Positions 1-56,489 of a DNA stretch of 64,000 nt are shown one piece after another; position 1 is the first letter of the stretch; each line of letters begins with the position of its first letter. Source of the stretch: Octopus sinensis. Lineage: Eukaryota. Below the pieces are notes generated by a model. That model was not told the DNA's origin, made no database searches, and worked only from the letters and a program-made list of their open reading frames with translations. The position numbers and the translations under genes are program-made. The stretch is taken from assembly GCF_006345805.1 (NCBI RefSeq), contig NC_043002.1:86304001-86368000 (forward strand). The letters are read 5' to 3'.

Positions 1-18
1 TGTGAGTGTGTGTAGTTA

Positions 19-260
19 AATAAATGACAAGGGAGTAGGAAATTATGGAATGAATTTCATTGGCTTACAGCTGATTCTGCTATAAGATTCAGTGCAATCA
101 GAGCTGAGTGCTTGTGCATCACCTTATAGTTTCCTCAAGCTCAAAGGATGGTGTAAGGTGATGCACAAACATTCAGCTCTGATTGCACTGAATCTTATAG
201 CAGAATCAGCTGTAAGCCAATGAAATTCATTCCATATTTCCTATTTCCTTGTCATTTATT
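19..260. repeat. Long palindrome (foldback/MITE-like), arms of about 107 bp
   Basis: 19-126 is the near-perfect reverse complement of 154-260; 27-nt spacer. Confidence 0.85.
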
Positions 261-1220
261 CAATGTGTATGTACACACACACACACACACACACATACAT
301 ACACACACACACATACATACATACACACACACACACATACATACATACATTCATACATACATACATACATACATACATACAAAAATACCTCATTGTTGAT
401 GTTGAAATTCCAAAGAACCTTGGATCTAGGTTAGAAACGGTTTTTTTTTTTCTCTATTGGAAAGAAATCTTGAAATAAACTGAATAATGACATACATACA
501 TACATACATACATACATCTATCCATCCATCCAAATATACATCTACCCATACATCCATACATACATATATATATATATGACAAGCTTCTGAAGTAGAAGAC
601 ACTCAACCAAGGTGCAACACAGTGAGACTGAACTGGGAACCATGTAGATGAGAAACCAATTTCTTAGCAGAAAGCCATTGCCTGCACCAATAATTCATAT
701 AATTTTACTCTTGTAACTTGTAAAAATGGAAATTAATATATTGTCAAAGATATTAATTCAATGGATAATAATCTATAATATTATTCTGCTTTGGTAATAT
801 TTATATGATGCTTTAACTATGGAATGAAATTGAAGACAATCTTTTATAGATATATTTATATTATTTATATTTTTTACATAAGACAATGCATTGATAAAAA
901 ATATTGTAAATTATTTGTGACCATCATCATCATCAGCATTTTAGCAATCACTTTTATATGCTTGCTTTGGTCAGACGGAATTTGATATGCCAATTTTTTA
1001 TGGCTGCATGCCTTTCATGTCGACAACCCTCTTTTATATCCAAGCAAGGTGATATTCCTCCATACCTGGACATGTTTTTTTTTTGGGGGGGGGGGTTGTA
1101 TAGAAGATTGGTAACAAAAGAACATTCTTTGTGTCCTGATGACACTCATGAACAACTAACAATGTCGAGACAAAGAGACTCAAACAACTATACACACAAA
1201 CACACATATATATATATATG

Positions 1221-1270
<50 letters not shown>

Positions 1271-1273
<3 letters not shown>

Positions 1274-1520
1274 GAGGCATGTGGCTTAGTGGTTAGGCTG
1301 TCAGCATAATGATCGTAAGATTGTGGTATCGATTCCTGAACTGGGCGATGTGTTGTGTTCTTGAGCAAAACACTTCATTTCACATTGCTCCAGTCCGCTC
1401 AGCTGGCAAAAATGAGTAATGCTGCAATGGACTGGCGTCCCGTCCAGCTGGGGAACACATACACCATTGAAACCAAGAAGCTGGGCTCATGAGCCTGGCT
1501 AGGCTTTAAAAAGGCGCCTT
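1271..1520 (+). mobile_element. tRNA-derived SINE with gtgttcttgagcaa..cact core
   Basis: A/B boxes; core ttgagcaaaacacttcatttcacattgctccagtccgctcagctg; tail similar to 19980 family. Confidence 0.8.
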
Positions 1521-1540
1521 TATTAATTATTATTATTATA

Positions 1541-1576
<36 letters not shown>

Positions 1577-1668
1577 AGTTTCCTTCAACCAAATCCACTC
1601 ACAAGGCTTTGGTCAACCTAGGACTCATAAAAGAAGATATTTGCCCAAAGTGCCATTCAGATGCTAGC

Positions 1669-1945
1669 TTCTGAAATGTAAATAAACCCAATCTGTTTCT
1701 TAAACGAGGGACATATTCATACGGCACAGAATGTTTTCGCCTCAATAGACGTCATTGATTGGTTGAAATTGCAGAAATTGAAGATGAAAAAAAAACAACA
1801 AATATCTTACAAACTATAGAATTTTCTCAATAAAGCCAAGAGAAAAAGATGTTTTATAAACACATTCTACCAGTATACGAAGTTTAAAAGTGTTTCGTTA
1901 CGTGGAAATTATTTTTAAAAACTGCCGTTCAAACCGAAAAGATCC
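1669..1945. mobile_element. Merlin-like MITE, partial (one TIR)
   Basis: Near-identical to the right part of 28471-28880; ends gaaaagatcc. Confidence 0.85.
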
Positions 1946-2947
1946 AAATCATACTATTGTAAACTTTGTCAATGTTCCCGTAACTTAGCGAATGAGCAAA
2001 AGAGACTGTTACAATAATTACCGGTCTCAAAAATAGGCGTTGGTATCGATTTGTTTGAATCGAGATTGTACTTTTGCAAGGCTGCAATTCAATGACTGAA
2101 GCAAGACAAAGGCATATTATAATGATATAATTCAGCAATGCTATAATTTTGTACCAATATATTTTGAAGAACTTAATTATTTCTTATAAAGAAAATAAAA
2201 ATTTTTTAAAAACCACAAAGAATACAATTTTCAAGTTGTGAAAAATAATTTTGATATTCATTAAAATAACGCCTGGAATTTTGTGAAGCAACAATAACAC
2301 TTCAAGAAGAAACTTGAAAAGAACTATATAATGTGTATTTAGCGTAGGCGATGTTTTTACAAGAATGGGTAGCTAAATATAGCAAGCTGTCTTTATATTA
2401 CAAAAAAGGGATAGTTCCTTCTGTTTCATTAAAACTAGTTACATTGACAGAAAATTGAAAGAAGAGTAGCAAACAACAAAGAATACAAGACAAAGTGAAG
2501 GTCTAAAAGAAACTAAAAAAAACCCCAAAAAACCAAATTACAAGCAATAGTTTCATTTTACACAAATCTCATATGCTAACATGAGTATCGATAACAATAC
2601 ATTGACCTTTAGAACGAGCTTTAAACTGCCCTACCAAAACAGATTCGCAGTAAACAGGCTTAAATATTCAAAACAACCAAATTTATAAAGAAAAATTTCG
2701 GCCACGTACTGGTGTAATCTCTATTGTGTGTATGTGTGTGTGTGTGTGTGTGCGATTGTTTCATTTTTGAGTGGGCTGATGTTTATGTGTATGTGTTTCT
2801 GAATTTGCTTATCGGTATAGTTGTGTATGCGCGGGTGTGTGTGTGTTTCTCTATGTGTTCCTGTTTGTATGTGTGTCTATTTCTCAGTGTGAGATGTGTA
2901 CGTATATGTAATGGGTCTATTAGAGAATTAAAATCAAGCAGATAGTG

Positions 2948-2999
<52 letters not shown>

Positions 3000-3559
3000 T
3001 TGGCAGAGGAAAAGAGACTGATCAGAAAATTAAATAATAAATAAATCAGGCAGCGTTAGTGGAAAAGAGAGAAGAGAGACAATTGACTTTTCATCAATGC
3101 TTTGAAGTTGAATGACCTCGCAAATAAAAACGACTTGGTGTAGGAAGATATTTCTATCGCAATAATATTTATTATATTAGACTTATTTGTTTATTTCACC
3201 TTTTTCTCTTATTTTATATATGTACTTACATTTCAATATTTCTTAGAGGCAAGGCAGTGGATTGACAAAACCGGTAGAACAGCCAGCAAAATACTTTGTG
3301 GTATTTAGTCATGTTGCTTTGGCTTTTAAATTCAAACGTCATCAGAGTCGACTTTGCCTCTCATCCTCCTCACTTTTGTATAATTCCATTCACAACCAAG
3401 GACCAGTGATGGAAATGGGATTTTGGGCAACTTGGGAGTGTGCTAAATTTCATGAGGTTTAAGATGGAATGGAGGGGAAGTTAGTGGTTGTAATTTCCCC
3501 CTAGATGTGAGTTGAAAATTTAAGGTAAGTTGTCCTCCTGCATATCTTGCTCATGTTTC

Positions 3560-3983
3560 TTATTTCTTTACTGCCGCCCACAAGGGGCCATACACAGAGG
3601 GGACAAACAAGGACAGACAAACGGATTAAGTCGATTATATCGACACCAGTGTGTAACTGATACTTATTTAATCGACCCCGAAAGAATGAAAGGCAAAGTC
3701 GACCTTGGCAGAATTTGAACTCAGAACGTAACGGCAGACGAAATACCTATTTCCATTTCTTTACTACCCACAAAGGGCTAAACACAGAGAGGACAAACAA
3801 GGACAGACAGATGGATTAAGTCGATTATATCGACCCCAGTGTGTAACTGGTACTTACTTAATCGACCCCGAAAGAATGAAAGGCAAAGTCGACCTCGGTG
3901 GAATTTGAACTCAGAACGTAGCGGCAGACAAAATACCGCTAAGCATTTCGCCTGGCGTGCTAATGTTTCTGCCAGTTCGCCGC
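3560..3983 (-). mobile_element. Two tandem SINEs with Deu/Nin-like central domain (one 5'-truncated)
   Basis: gaggtcgactttgcctttcattctttcggggtcgattaa..agtaccag; tails end aaagaaata. Confidence 0.9.
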
Positions 3984-4039
3984 TTTATCCTGATCATATT
4001 TCTATAATAGTCTAGGATGCATTACAGGAATAGAAATTA

Positions 4040-4905
4040 AGGTGGCAAGTTGTGCAGAATCAATTGCACAGTGCACAAAATATTAAGCAGTATTTCATCT
4101 GTCTTTATGTTCTGAGTTTGAATGCCACCAATGTTGAATTTGCCTTTCATTCTTTAGGGCTTCAATGAAATAAGTACAAGTTGAACGTAGGATTCAATGT
4201 ACAAGGATGAGCTGAAAAGTTCATAGGCTGATTATGAAGGAATGATGCTAGAGATGTGAAATTTTGCATGCATTAATTTCAACCCTTCTTATTAATAACT
4301 GCATAGTTTTGTTCTCGGTAAACTGACATCTGACTGCTCAAAGAAGATTACAAAAGGGACAGATAGCCACTTCTCTAGAAATTGGACAAAATTTGGCATC
4401 ATGGAGTGATCAAGAACCTACAGAAAAAGGATTTAGCCCCCAAGGACATTCATGCTGACATGGTTGCTATTTGGGGATAATGCTTCAGTTTTATCAACAA
4501 TGCAAAAGTGAGCAGCTGAATTTAGGAAAGGAAGGGAGAGTGTTGAAGATGGCCCAAGGTCTGGATGTCCTGCAGCTACCACCATCAAGGAAAACATTGA
4601 TCATGTTCAACACATGCTGACAGATGACAGGTGATTGACAATAATTAAAACAGCCAATGCCATTAGCATATCCCATTAGAGAGTTGAGAAAATATTTTTA
4701 ACCAATAGGATGAAAGCATCTTCACCAATAGGATCAAAGCACTGCAACACTGATGGAAAAAGTGTGTGAACTGCATGAGCGACTATATTGAAAAATAAAT
4801 CTCATTCGGTTACATTCCATGAAATTATCTTGATCGGCCTATGAACTTTTCAGCCAACCCTCATAATCAACCCTTCCCCAAAATTTCAATTCCTTGTGTC
4901 TATAG
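4040..4905 (+). mobile_element. Diverged Deu/Nin-like SINE split by mariner. Other diverged copies near 4925-5170, 6505-6700, 18680-18800, 23375-23575, 24000-24186, 26875-27070, 31215-31425, 31590-31760, 38200-38405, 39215-39360, 46745-46960, 59120-59240
   Basis: Shared ttctgagttcaaat..gcc.aggt..actttgcctttcat motif. Confidence 0.7.
4202..4863 (+). mobile_element. Internally deleted mariner, TA TSD, inserted in a SINE
   Basis: TIRs caaggatgagctgaaaagttcataggctgat / atcggcctatgaacttttcagccaaccctca; TA at 4200 and 4864; HTH remnant (EFRKGRESVEDGPRSG.P). Confidence 0.85.
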
Positions 4906-5302
4906 TAGGAAGGATTATATGAATATATACTGAGTCAGTACTTGACTAGTATTTTATTTTATTGACCACTGAAAGGCAAGATTGACAACAGCAGGATTTG
5001 AACTCAGAAAGCAGAGGAGCAGTAATTTAATACCACAACGTATTTTGTACGATACCTTTAACAATTCTGCCATCTCCCTATAATAAAGTTACCCGTCAAA
5101 TACTGGGTTCAGTACAATTGATTATACCCCATTCCAGAAATTTTTGGCCTTGTGCCTGTTAGAAATCAATATTTCTTTTATAAAAATCAAATCAATAAAA
5201 TATAATTTTGCAAATAGAAGAAAAAAAAAACTGTGGACAAAACAGATATAATTAAAATATATTAATAGAAGGAAAATATTGACAAAATCTATATCTGTAG
5301 TA

Positions 5303-5359
<57 letters not shown>

Positions 5360-7542
5360 GAAACAGTGTGTCTGTATTCCTATTTCTTTGATAACTCAGC
5401 TTTCTCATACACACACACATACACACATTTATTTATGAGTAATCCTAGCTACAAGAGAAATAGGAATATAGACACAATCTTTCTATGCTATTAATATGTA
5501 AAAAACGTAGGGAGTCTCCTGACAGTCCATTTCAAAGTTTGTTGACTGCTTATTCCCAAATAAAACCATAGACCACTAAATGATTATATAAAGCAATCAT
5601 AAATTAGACTAACACCATGGTGGGCAACATAATTTGCATACTTGTACTTTTGATGGATTGCTGTTAAGCAACATTTATTTTATGTGTGAATCAAGACTAC
5701 TGAAATAAATCTGATTATCCGAAAACTGTGACAGAATTGGAATTATAAACATACTCCTATAATATTGATATGTTAAATGTATCATCTTAGCATGTATCTT
5801 ATTTCACAAGGTGTGTACTATAAGTAGTTATTTCAAACATATTTTACATTTTATTTACATGATAAGAATTTAGAAACTTTGTATGAATGTAGATAAAGCT
5901 TATATGATATATATAGTATATATAATATAATTGTATATAACAATTAAGATCAGATTTTTTTCTCTAATATGTAAACAAACTTTATATATTAACTAACCCC
6001 ACAAAAGATATTTATTTTAAATGACCAGAGATATATCTAGTTCAAACAGCAACAACCACAGACACCAATATTCAAAATATTCATTACAATAAATTGAATT
6101 TAAATATTTAGTAATTAAATAAATTAAAAATAAGCAAGAACTAAAAAAAAACTATAAACATATTTATAATAATTAAAATTATAATTCATTAAATTGAAAC
6201 AATATAATATTTTTTATTAATATTAAAATCTTTAACTTTTATAAAAATAATCTGATTTCCAATATTTACATAATGTTGTTAAGAGCATATAGATATTGGA
6301 TTAAGAACTGATTGGGGCAACATTTGGCATTTTTTCACCGAAAGAGTTTTTAGCCTAATACTTATATGCTTTATTAATAGGTCTATCTACATTGAGTTCT
6401 ACAGTTAAAAATGCCTTATACATTTTATAAACATCACGGCCAACATATCCATGTATTTAAAATCAACCACCAAGACAATGGAAAGATGGAAAATAATTAA
6501 ATATTGGTTTCAAATTTTGACACAAGGCCAGCAATTTTGGGGGAAAAGGCAAGTTGATTACATTCCCTCCCAGTACCCAACCTCGAAAGTATGAAAGGCA
6601 AAGTTGACTTTGGTGGCATTTGAATCTAAAATGTAAAGACAGGTAAAATATCACAAAGCATTTTGCCTGGTGTGCTAATACTTCTGCCCACTCACCACCT
6701 TAAAAAGAATAGCTAAATATCAAATATTAGGAATCATAGTAAAAGAAAAATATTGGTATACAAATAGAGAACTATACCTGAGAATGTCTAAAAGTGACTC
6801 CTGTTAAAAAGTCAAATAGGAACTATTTGTCTGTCTAGGATTTCAAAAACTAGACAGAAAATGAAGGAAAACCCATGAGGCTTATAAAAAGTTTGCATTT
6901 ACTATTTTTCAAGAGTTGCAGTGGAATTGTCATTGATCAGGTTGCAGAATTGTAAGGAAGTTATTGATATCACAAGAAACATATGAAAAGTGAATATAAA
7001 AATTTTTGTCTTTTCTTAAATGACAAAAACAGCTTTTCCATGATTGTAATTGTTTCAGTTTTTGGATCTCTATGTTTCATTTGTACTGTCTGATTTTGTT
7101 CAAATTTTCTACCTTGAATTAGTTTTACATGCTAGAGACAAAAATCACATCCATTTTTGTCTGAAATTGATAAAAAAAAAATAGTTACAGATCTTTGAAG
7201 TTTGAAATTTTAATCTACCAGAAACCCCAGGCAGTCACAATTTCCAAAGTATTGATGATAAGGAAATGAATACATTAAGAAACTTCAAACAACTTCTCTC
7301 TCTCTCTCTCTTTTTTTCTATAAATAATTTAATAAAAGACAGTTTAAAACCTCATGAAACTGTTTTTAAGATAAAACTATTGAATGAAATAAAATAAAAA
7401 TGTTATTTAGCCTTCAAATATGGATGGAAAGAATATAATGAAAAGGTCCAAAATGAAAGAAAGCAAGTGAATGACAATGAAATTTTTATATGTCCCCAAA
7501 CAGTTCTTGCAAGAGATTGCAATTTTCATATCTGCGCCATAA

Positions 7543-7630
7543 CCCTAATCTAACCCTAACCCCACCTGAACATTAAACTCTAATTCTAAACTCCTAATAT
7601 TAAACTTTTATCCTAACCCTAAACCCAAAC
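7543..7630. repeat. Degenerate telomere-like (CCCTAA)n tract
   Basis: aaccctaatctaaccctaacccc...atcctaaccctaaaccc. Confidence 0.55.
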
Positions 7631-7682
7631 CATTGCTCTATGGCTGACACTATCAAACATCTGGCTATATAGTTGACAAGAG

Positions 7683-7909
7683 GCGAGCTGGCAGAAGCGT
7701 TAGCACGCCAGGCGAAATGCGTAGCCGTATTTCGTCTGCCGTTATGTTCTGAGTTCAAATTCCGCCGAGGTCGACTTTGCCTTTCATCCTTTCGGGGTCG
7801 ATGAATTAAGTACCAGTTTCGTACTGGAGTCGATGTAATCGACTTAATCCCTTTGTCTGTCCTTGTTTGTCCCCTCTATGTTTAGCCCCTTGTGGGCAAT
7901 AAAGAAATA
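7683..7909 (+). mobile_element. Deu/Nin-like SINE, 17-bp perfect TSD
   Basis: TSD TATATAGTTGACAAGAG at 7666-7682 and 7910-7926. Confidence 0.92.
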
Positions 7910-8484
7910 TATATAGTTGACAAGAGTGACTTCTGATATGTCAATAATGGAGGTTTCTGATTGGCTAAAATCTCAAACTTTAATATTTGTAACTTTTTAA
8001 TTATTACTTTCAGTCAAAAATTAATGTGATTTTTCATTATTAGCTTGTCAAACTACTTCAATGTAGAAAACATGAACAAAATTGGATGGTGCAAACAAAA
8101 TTATAAAGATCCCAGTTTTTTTAGAAAATACAATTTATCAACATCACTGAGAAGATTTGTGTAGCAATACCTTCTTAGCTATGTAATCTGAGAAATTTCT
8201 GAACTTACTGTATCAATATCAGTAGCAAAACAGATAGGTTTAATTAGGTTCAGTGATGTCATCATTGTCCTGTGATTGGGATGAAGTACCTGCTAGCTCT
8301 ACTTTGGGAAGTTGTAAATTGTTTGACATTTCACTTCTGATTTATGATCATAGAATAGATTTTAAATCTTTTGAATTATTTGGAGATGTGTAATTTTTAA
8401 GAACTAGCAGACAGACCATTTAAATTTTCTTAATTAAATTTTTTACTGTGGAACATGTGATTTGATCCCATGATAAAGAATTCT

Positions 8485-8700
8485 TTAACTCTTTAGCATT
8501 CAGATTATTCTGTCAAATGTAATACATTATTTTGAACTAATCATGTATTGTCTTGTAGCTTCAAGATTTCAATGATGTGATTGTATATTTTTAGAATGAC
8601 ATTGTACAGTTGATGCAAGAGGCTGAATCTGGCCAGTTTAAGCATAAAACAAGCAGAATATTTTGGATGGGTATGGCTGGTTTAAATGCTAAAGGGTTAA
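8485..8700. mobile_element. piggyBac-like MITE (TTAA TSD)
   Basis: TTAA-ctctttagcatt ... aatgctaaaggg-TTAA. Confidence 0.75.
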
Positions 8701-8984
8701 AAAGGTTACCCAAAAGGAAGCTGAATTAGACAACTTCTAAAATCATTTCTTCTATCAAATCAAGATAAAAATTAAATAATTCAAAGAATCAATTTTATGA
8801 AAAATTTTTGAAGTAATTACCTTCATTGGTTTGAGTAAAATAATAAAGACCAAAAAAAGCCACTTAAATGACATTGATCAGGATTGACAAAGGGATGTGA
8901 GTTGACAATTCCAGTAATAAGATTGGATTCATTTTCAAGCATTAGATCTAAAATATTAATTACCTTTGATATGAGGAGGGTTTA

Positions 8985-9300
8985 GAACAGGTATGGGCAA
9001 CCATTATTAAGAGGTGGGCTGCATGAGTCATCATAAGGTGGGCCAGACTGCTAAAAGAATTGAAGGTAATTTTTCATTAGGTGTACCATTCAGAAAGTTG
9101 CAGTTTATCCATGAATGGCTTAGAAAAACTGTTCAAAACTTTTAATCAACATTTTAAAGTAAAAACAAAATTCTTCATAGATACATGTTGATTTCAAATT
9201 CCCATTACAAGAAAAATTAATATATTATCGATATTTGAAATAATTCACTCAATAGAATCACATATATTCTTAGCAGAGAATCAATAGTAAAGGACACACC
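8985..9300 (-). mobile_element. hAT terminal fragment
   Basis: CAGGTATGGGCAAC TIR-like end; STCIYEEF-like dimerisation remnant on - strand. Confidence 0.4.
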
Positions 9301-9549
9301 TATTCTAATAAGCATTTCATCTTCATTTCACTTGTTTCAATCTTTGGACTGTAGCCATGCTGGGGCACCACCTTGAGGGTTTTGCCAAACAAACTGATTC
9401 CAGTACTTATTTTTAAGCCTAGTATTTATTCTATCTGTCTCTTTTTACTGACACACCAAGTTACAGGGATGTAAACAAACCAACACTAATTGCCAAGCAG
9501 TGGTGGGAAACAAACACAAAAACATACACATAGATATATACATAGATAC

Positions 9550-10293
9550 CCAAGTTTAGCATTATCTCCTTCGAAATAGTCACCTTGTGCAGCAATACAC
9601 CAGTCCCAGTGTTCCTGCCACTTCTGGAATACAGCCTGGAAGTCGTTTTCCATAAGTGAGTCAAGGACCTTCTGTGACCTTTGAGCTGCCTTTTCATCTT
9701 GGGGAAGAGATTGAAGTCTGCAGGTGCTAAATCCGGCAAACAGGGCGATTGCAGAAGTGAGACCATGTTTTTGGCAAGAGACTCATGAGTGAAGAGAGCT
9801 CAATGAAGAATTCAATTCCTCACACTCCACAGATCCAGATGCTTTCACAGAATGCTTTCTCTCAAATGCTTCAAAATGTCACAGTAGGACTCTTGATTTA
9901 TGGTCTAGTCCTGGGGGACAAATTCTCGATGCACAATACCACATTTCTGGGGGTAATGCTTGTGGCAGGTTTTCCAGGGACGTTCTTCCACCTTTGAAGT
10001 GCCCATGCCACTCAAAACATTGCATACGACCCATTGCCTTGTTGTTGTAAGCTTGCTAAAGCATGTTCAATGTCTCTGTAGTAGAGTTTGCAAGTTTAAC
10101 ACAGAATTTCACATTGGATCTTTGTTCCTGTCCATGACAAAATCGCAGACTACAGCATAGACATGGTCACAAAAACACAAATTTCTCAATGTCACTCAGC
10201 ACACTACTAGTTCTCAGTGCGCCCACAACTGAGTGCTGCCATCTGTTGGTGCGCTACATAACTGGGTCTGGGAACTTCTCGATACCATCTCGT
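9550..10293 (-). mobile_element. Internally deleted mariner, 3' TIR lost
   Basis: 5' TIR at 10265-10293; MDRNK..VKFCVKL..SATE; EFVP.G.TINQE.YC; PDLAPADFNLFPKMKRQLKG; W..CI..QGDYFE. Confidence 0.85.
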
Positions 10294-10319
10294 ATATATA
10301 TATATATATATATAAATCA

Positions 10320-10810
10320 AAAATTGGAATCGAAATTGAACCAATCCTATGACTGGCTCCTGGCAGTTGCCAGTGCTGCTGGACTGACTCCTGTGCAGGT
10401 GGCAAGTAAAGAAACACCGTTTCGACCCTGTGCTTGAGGAGATCTATTGAGTCAAGTACACCAACATCAAAGCTCAATGGAAACTGTAGTTGTGATCCCC
10501 GGGCCGGTGGCACGTAAAAAGCACCATCTGAATGTGGCCGATGGCCAGCGATGCCTTGACTGGCTTCCGTGCCGGTGGCACGTAAAAAGCACCAATCTGA
10601 TTGTGGCCGTTGCCAGCCTCGCCTGGCACGTAAAAAGCACCCACTACACTCACGGAGTGGTTGGCGTTAGGAAGGGCATCTAGCCGTAGAAACACTGCCA
10701 GATCAGACTGGAACCTGTGCAGCCTCCTGGCTTCCCAGACCCCGGTCGAACCATCGAATCCGTGCTAGCACGGAAAGCGGACGTTAAATGATGATGATGA
10801 TGATGATGAT
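10320..10810 (+). mobile_element. RTE-tailed repeat family with internal GTGCCGGTGGCACGTAAAAAGCAC units and (GAT)n tail
   Basis: Conserved 3' block gcacccactacact..ggagtggttggcgttaggaagggcatc...ggacgttaaa(tga)n. Confidence 0.85.
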
Positions 10811-10824
10811 ATAAAGACAAAATG

Positions 10825-11035
10825 GAATAAGCAAGAGGAGACATGTAAGATAGTGAGAGTCGTTGAAGAGGTCATGGGATGTGTGATGAAAGAACTTTGA
10901 CAAGGATAAAAAATAACAAGAAAAGCTGAAGCGAAGACCAAATGTATGGTGCATGTGCTTAACTGGCAAAATATGACCACCCTCAAGTACAACAATGTCT
11001 GTTTCAACACACGATTTCACATCAATAATCTTTCA
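10825..11035 (-). repeat. Unclassified interspersed repeat, homologous to 63110-63370 (+)
   Basis: Shared gatgtgaaa.cgtgtgttgaaacagacattgttgta...ggtcat.tttgccagtt. Confidence 0.65.
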
Positions 11036-11082
11036 GAACAAATACATACATATAAAGTAGTAGTAGTAGTAGCAGTAGCTAT

Positions 11083-11128
<46 letters not shown>

Positions 11129-11541
11129 ACAAAACAGTAAGCCCAGTTTATACTCGCTTGACTCTAAATAGCTTAGCCGTAATACCATATAGCAATGCAG
11201 ATTTATCATCAACAACACCTGCAAATAGTACAAGGCTCGGATCAACACAAAATTTTACTAAATGACGTTCCCTCCACTTCAGATGTCTCCCAGCGGGATC
11301 GAACCCAGAACTTTATGATTGCGACTCAGACTTCTTAACTAATCTGCTATCCTGATTTTCGTTCATGAACTTAGTTAAATAACTTTGACTGTCAGAATAA
11401 CGTGCAGCATCGACACTCGTAAATCTCTTATTCCTTGGATTTGTTTGCTTGTTTACTTAAAAATCTAGTACGAAACTTTATTATTTTTTTTTAATGAACC
11501 TATGTTCAAGGGAAATTATTCGACTACTAAATTTTCTCCCC

Positions 11542-11577
11542 TCTCTCATAGCAACCTTAATTATTCGCCATAGCAAC
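11542..11577 (+). promoter_or_regulatory. Two tandem RFX X-box-like motifs upstream of the start codon
   Basis: TCTCTCATAGCAAC (11542-11555) and TTCGCCATAGCAAC (11564-11577); both have the RGYAAC half-site and AT spacer; the first base deviates from consensus R. Confidence 0.6.
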
Positions 11578-11637
11578 GAACGCACCTAAGCACACTCACG
11601 CAATCAATTAAAGAGTAAGTTTTATCAGTCTTTCACA

Positions 11638-55059
<43,422 letters not shown>

Positions 55060-56489
55060 GTAAGCGCCTTTCATCATACCATCTTATGTCCATCATTTAA
55101 AGATTTTACATTTCTCTTATCTAATAAAATGTCAAATACAGATATATCCATTTATCTCATGTATTAAGGCATGACTGATTTGCTGTATGGTTAAGATCTG
55201 GGTACAGAAATTGCTGTGTGGTTGTAATGTTTACTTTGCAACTATGTGGCTTCAGGTTGTGTCTCACTGCATGGTGTCATCTGGAACAAGTGTCTTTTAC
55301 CATAGTTTCAGTTTGACTAAAGCCCTGTGAGTGGAAATTTTGCACACAGAAACTATATGAAAATCTGTTGGAGGACCAGTCTATTTGTGAGTGGTAAACA
55401 ATATCACTATTTCACACTTTAGTACCTTTAGTGTAGTTTTTTTCTGTTGCAAGCATTCTGGTTAGGTCTCAGGTCTCAGGGTCCCAGAAAAGTCATGAGT
55501 TTCACCCTCTCCAACTAAGCCATATAAAAATACATACAAAGTCAGCTGCTTGTTCTTTCCTGATTAGAAACACCCAGCAATTGATGGTCAGTTCTTTTGA
55601 TTTTATGAGCAGACAAAGCAGGAATTGGTGACACTCATGTATTTTTTTAACAAAGGACTGTAACTAGGAATGGATACTGAGTTATAGACTCAGTCTCTTG
55701 AGTGCTTCTCTCTGACACTACAGTTTCCACCATTCAGTATTTACACCTTGTATGGATGATAAATTGGCAGACAGGGCAACCACAGTAATCTTGTGAGGAG
55801 TGGTAACCCTAGGGCATTATTAGCTTTTACAGATATCATTACAAAACAATGCTATATAAATACTATAATTAACAGAACATGTGATGAGTTTATCGTCATA
55901 TTTGATGTTAGTCAATAAAAAGTAAAGAAGTATACTTTAAAACAAGGATCAACAATTGCTTTTTGTAATGGCTAACTTTTGAATGTTTTATATTTCGCCA
56001 TGGTCCACTTATATATTATATAATATCTTACATATAAAAATATCCCTGCATATCCCCCACTTCTGTAACTGGTAATGTTTATATTAGCAAAAGTTTAAGC
56101 AAGTTATAACATGAAAGAGTAAAAGTCATCAACTGCTCAATGGCTCACAAACATATTAAACTTGAGCAATTTTTTACTAAAAGTTCGAGGCCTGTAGAGA
56201 ATATCTCTGTGGCCTAATTGTTGCCAACTCCTTTACAATATTTAAGTTCACTCCTCTAGTTCTGCATTCAAATTTCCACAGAGTTGCTCTTTACTTTACT
56301 TTAAATTTCCCTGGATGATGTAAATAACATAAAGAATAGTAATATATTTGTGTTTGATTCAATCCAGTAATTTATTGGTGTTTGATTCAAATTAATTACA
56401 TAGACCACTTCATTTATAAAAAAATGGTTTCTTGGCCTAGTCAAAAGTAAATTAATAAGAGCACATGAGAAATAGGTGTTCTGAGATGC

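Noticed and set aside
6778-6800. Minus-strand micro-exon with strong splice sites (also candidates near 6363-6399, 7115-7163, 8290-8330)
   Set aside because: Could not be chained into an open reading frame; such sites occur by chance in AT-rich DNA.
11150-11219. Minus-strand exon of a divergent gene (GVVDDKSALLYGITAKLFRVKR)
   Set aside because: Lies directly behind a decayed tRNA-SINE head; weak donor; no partner exons.
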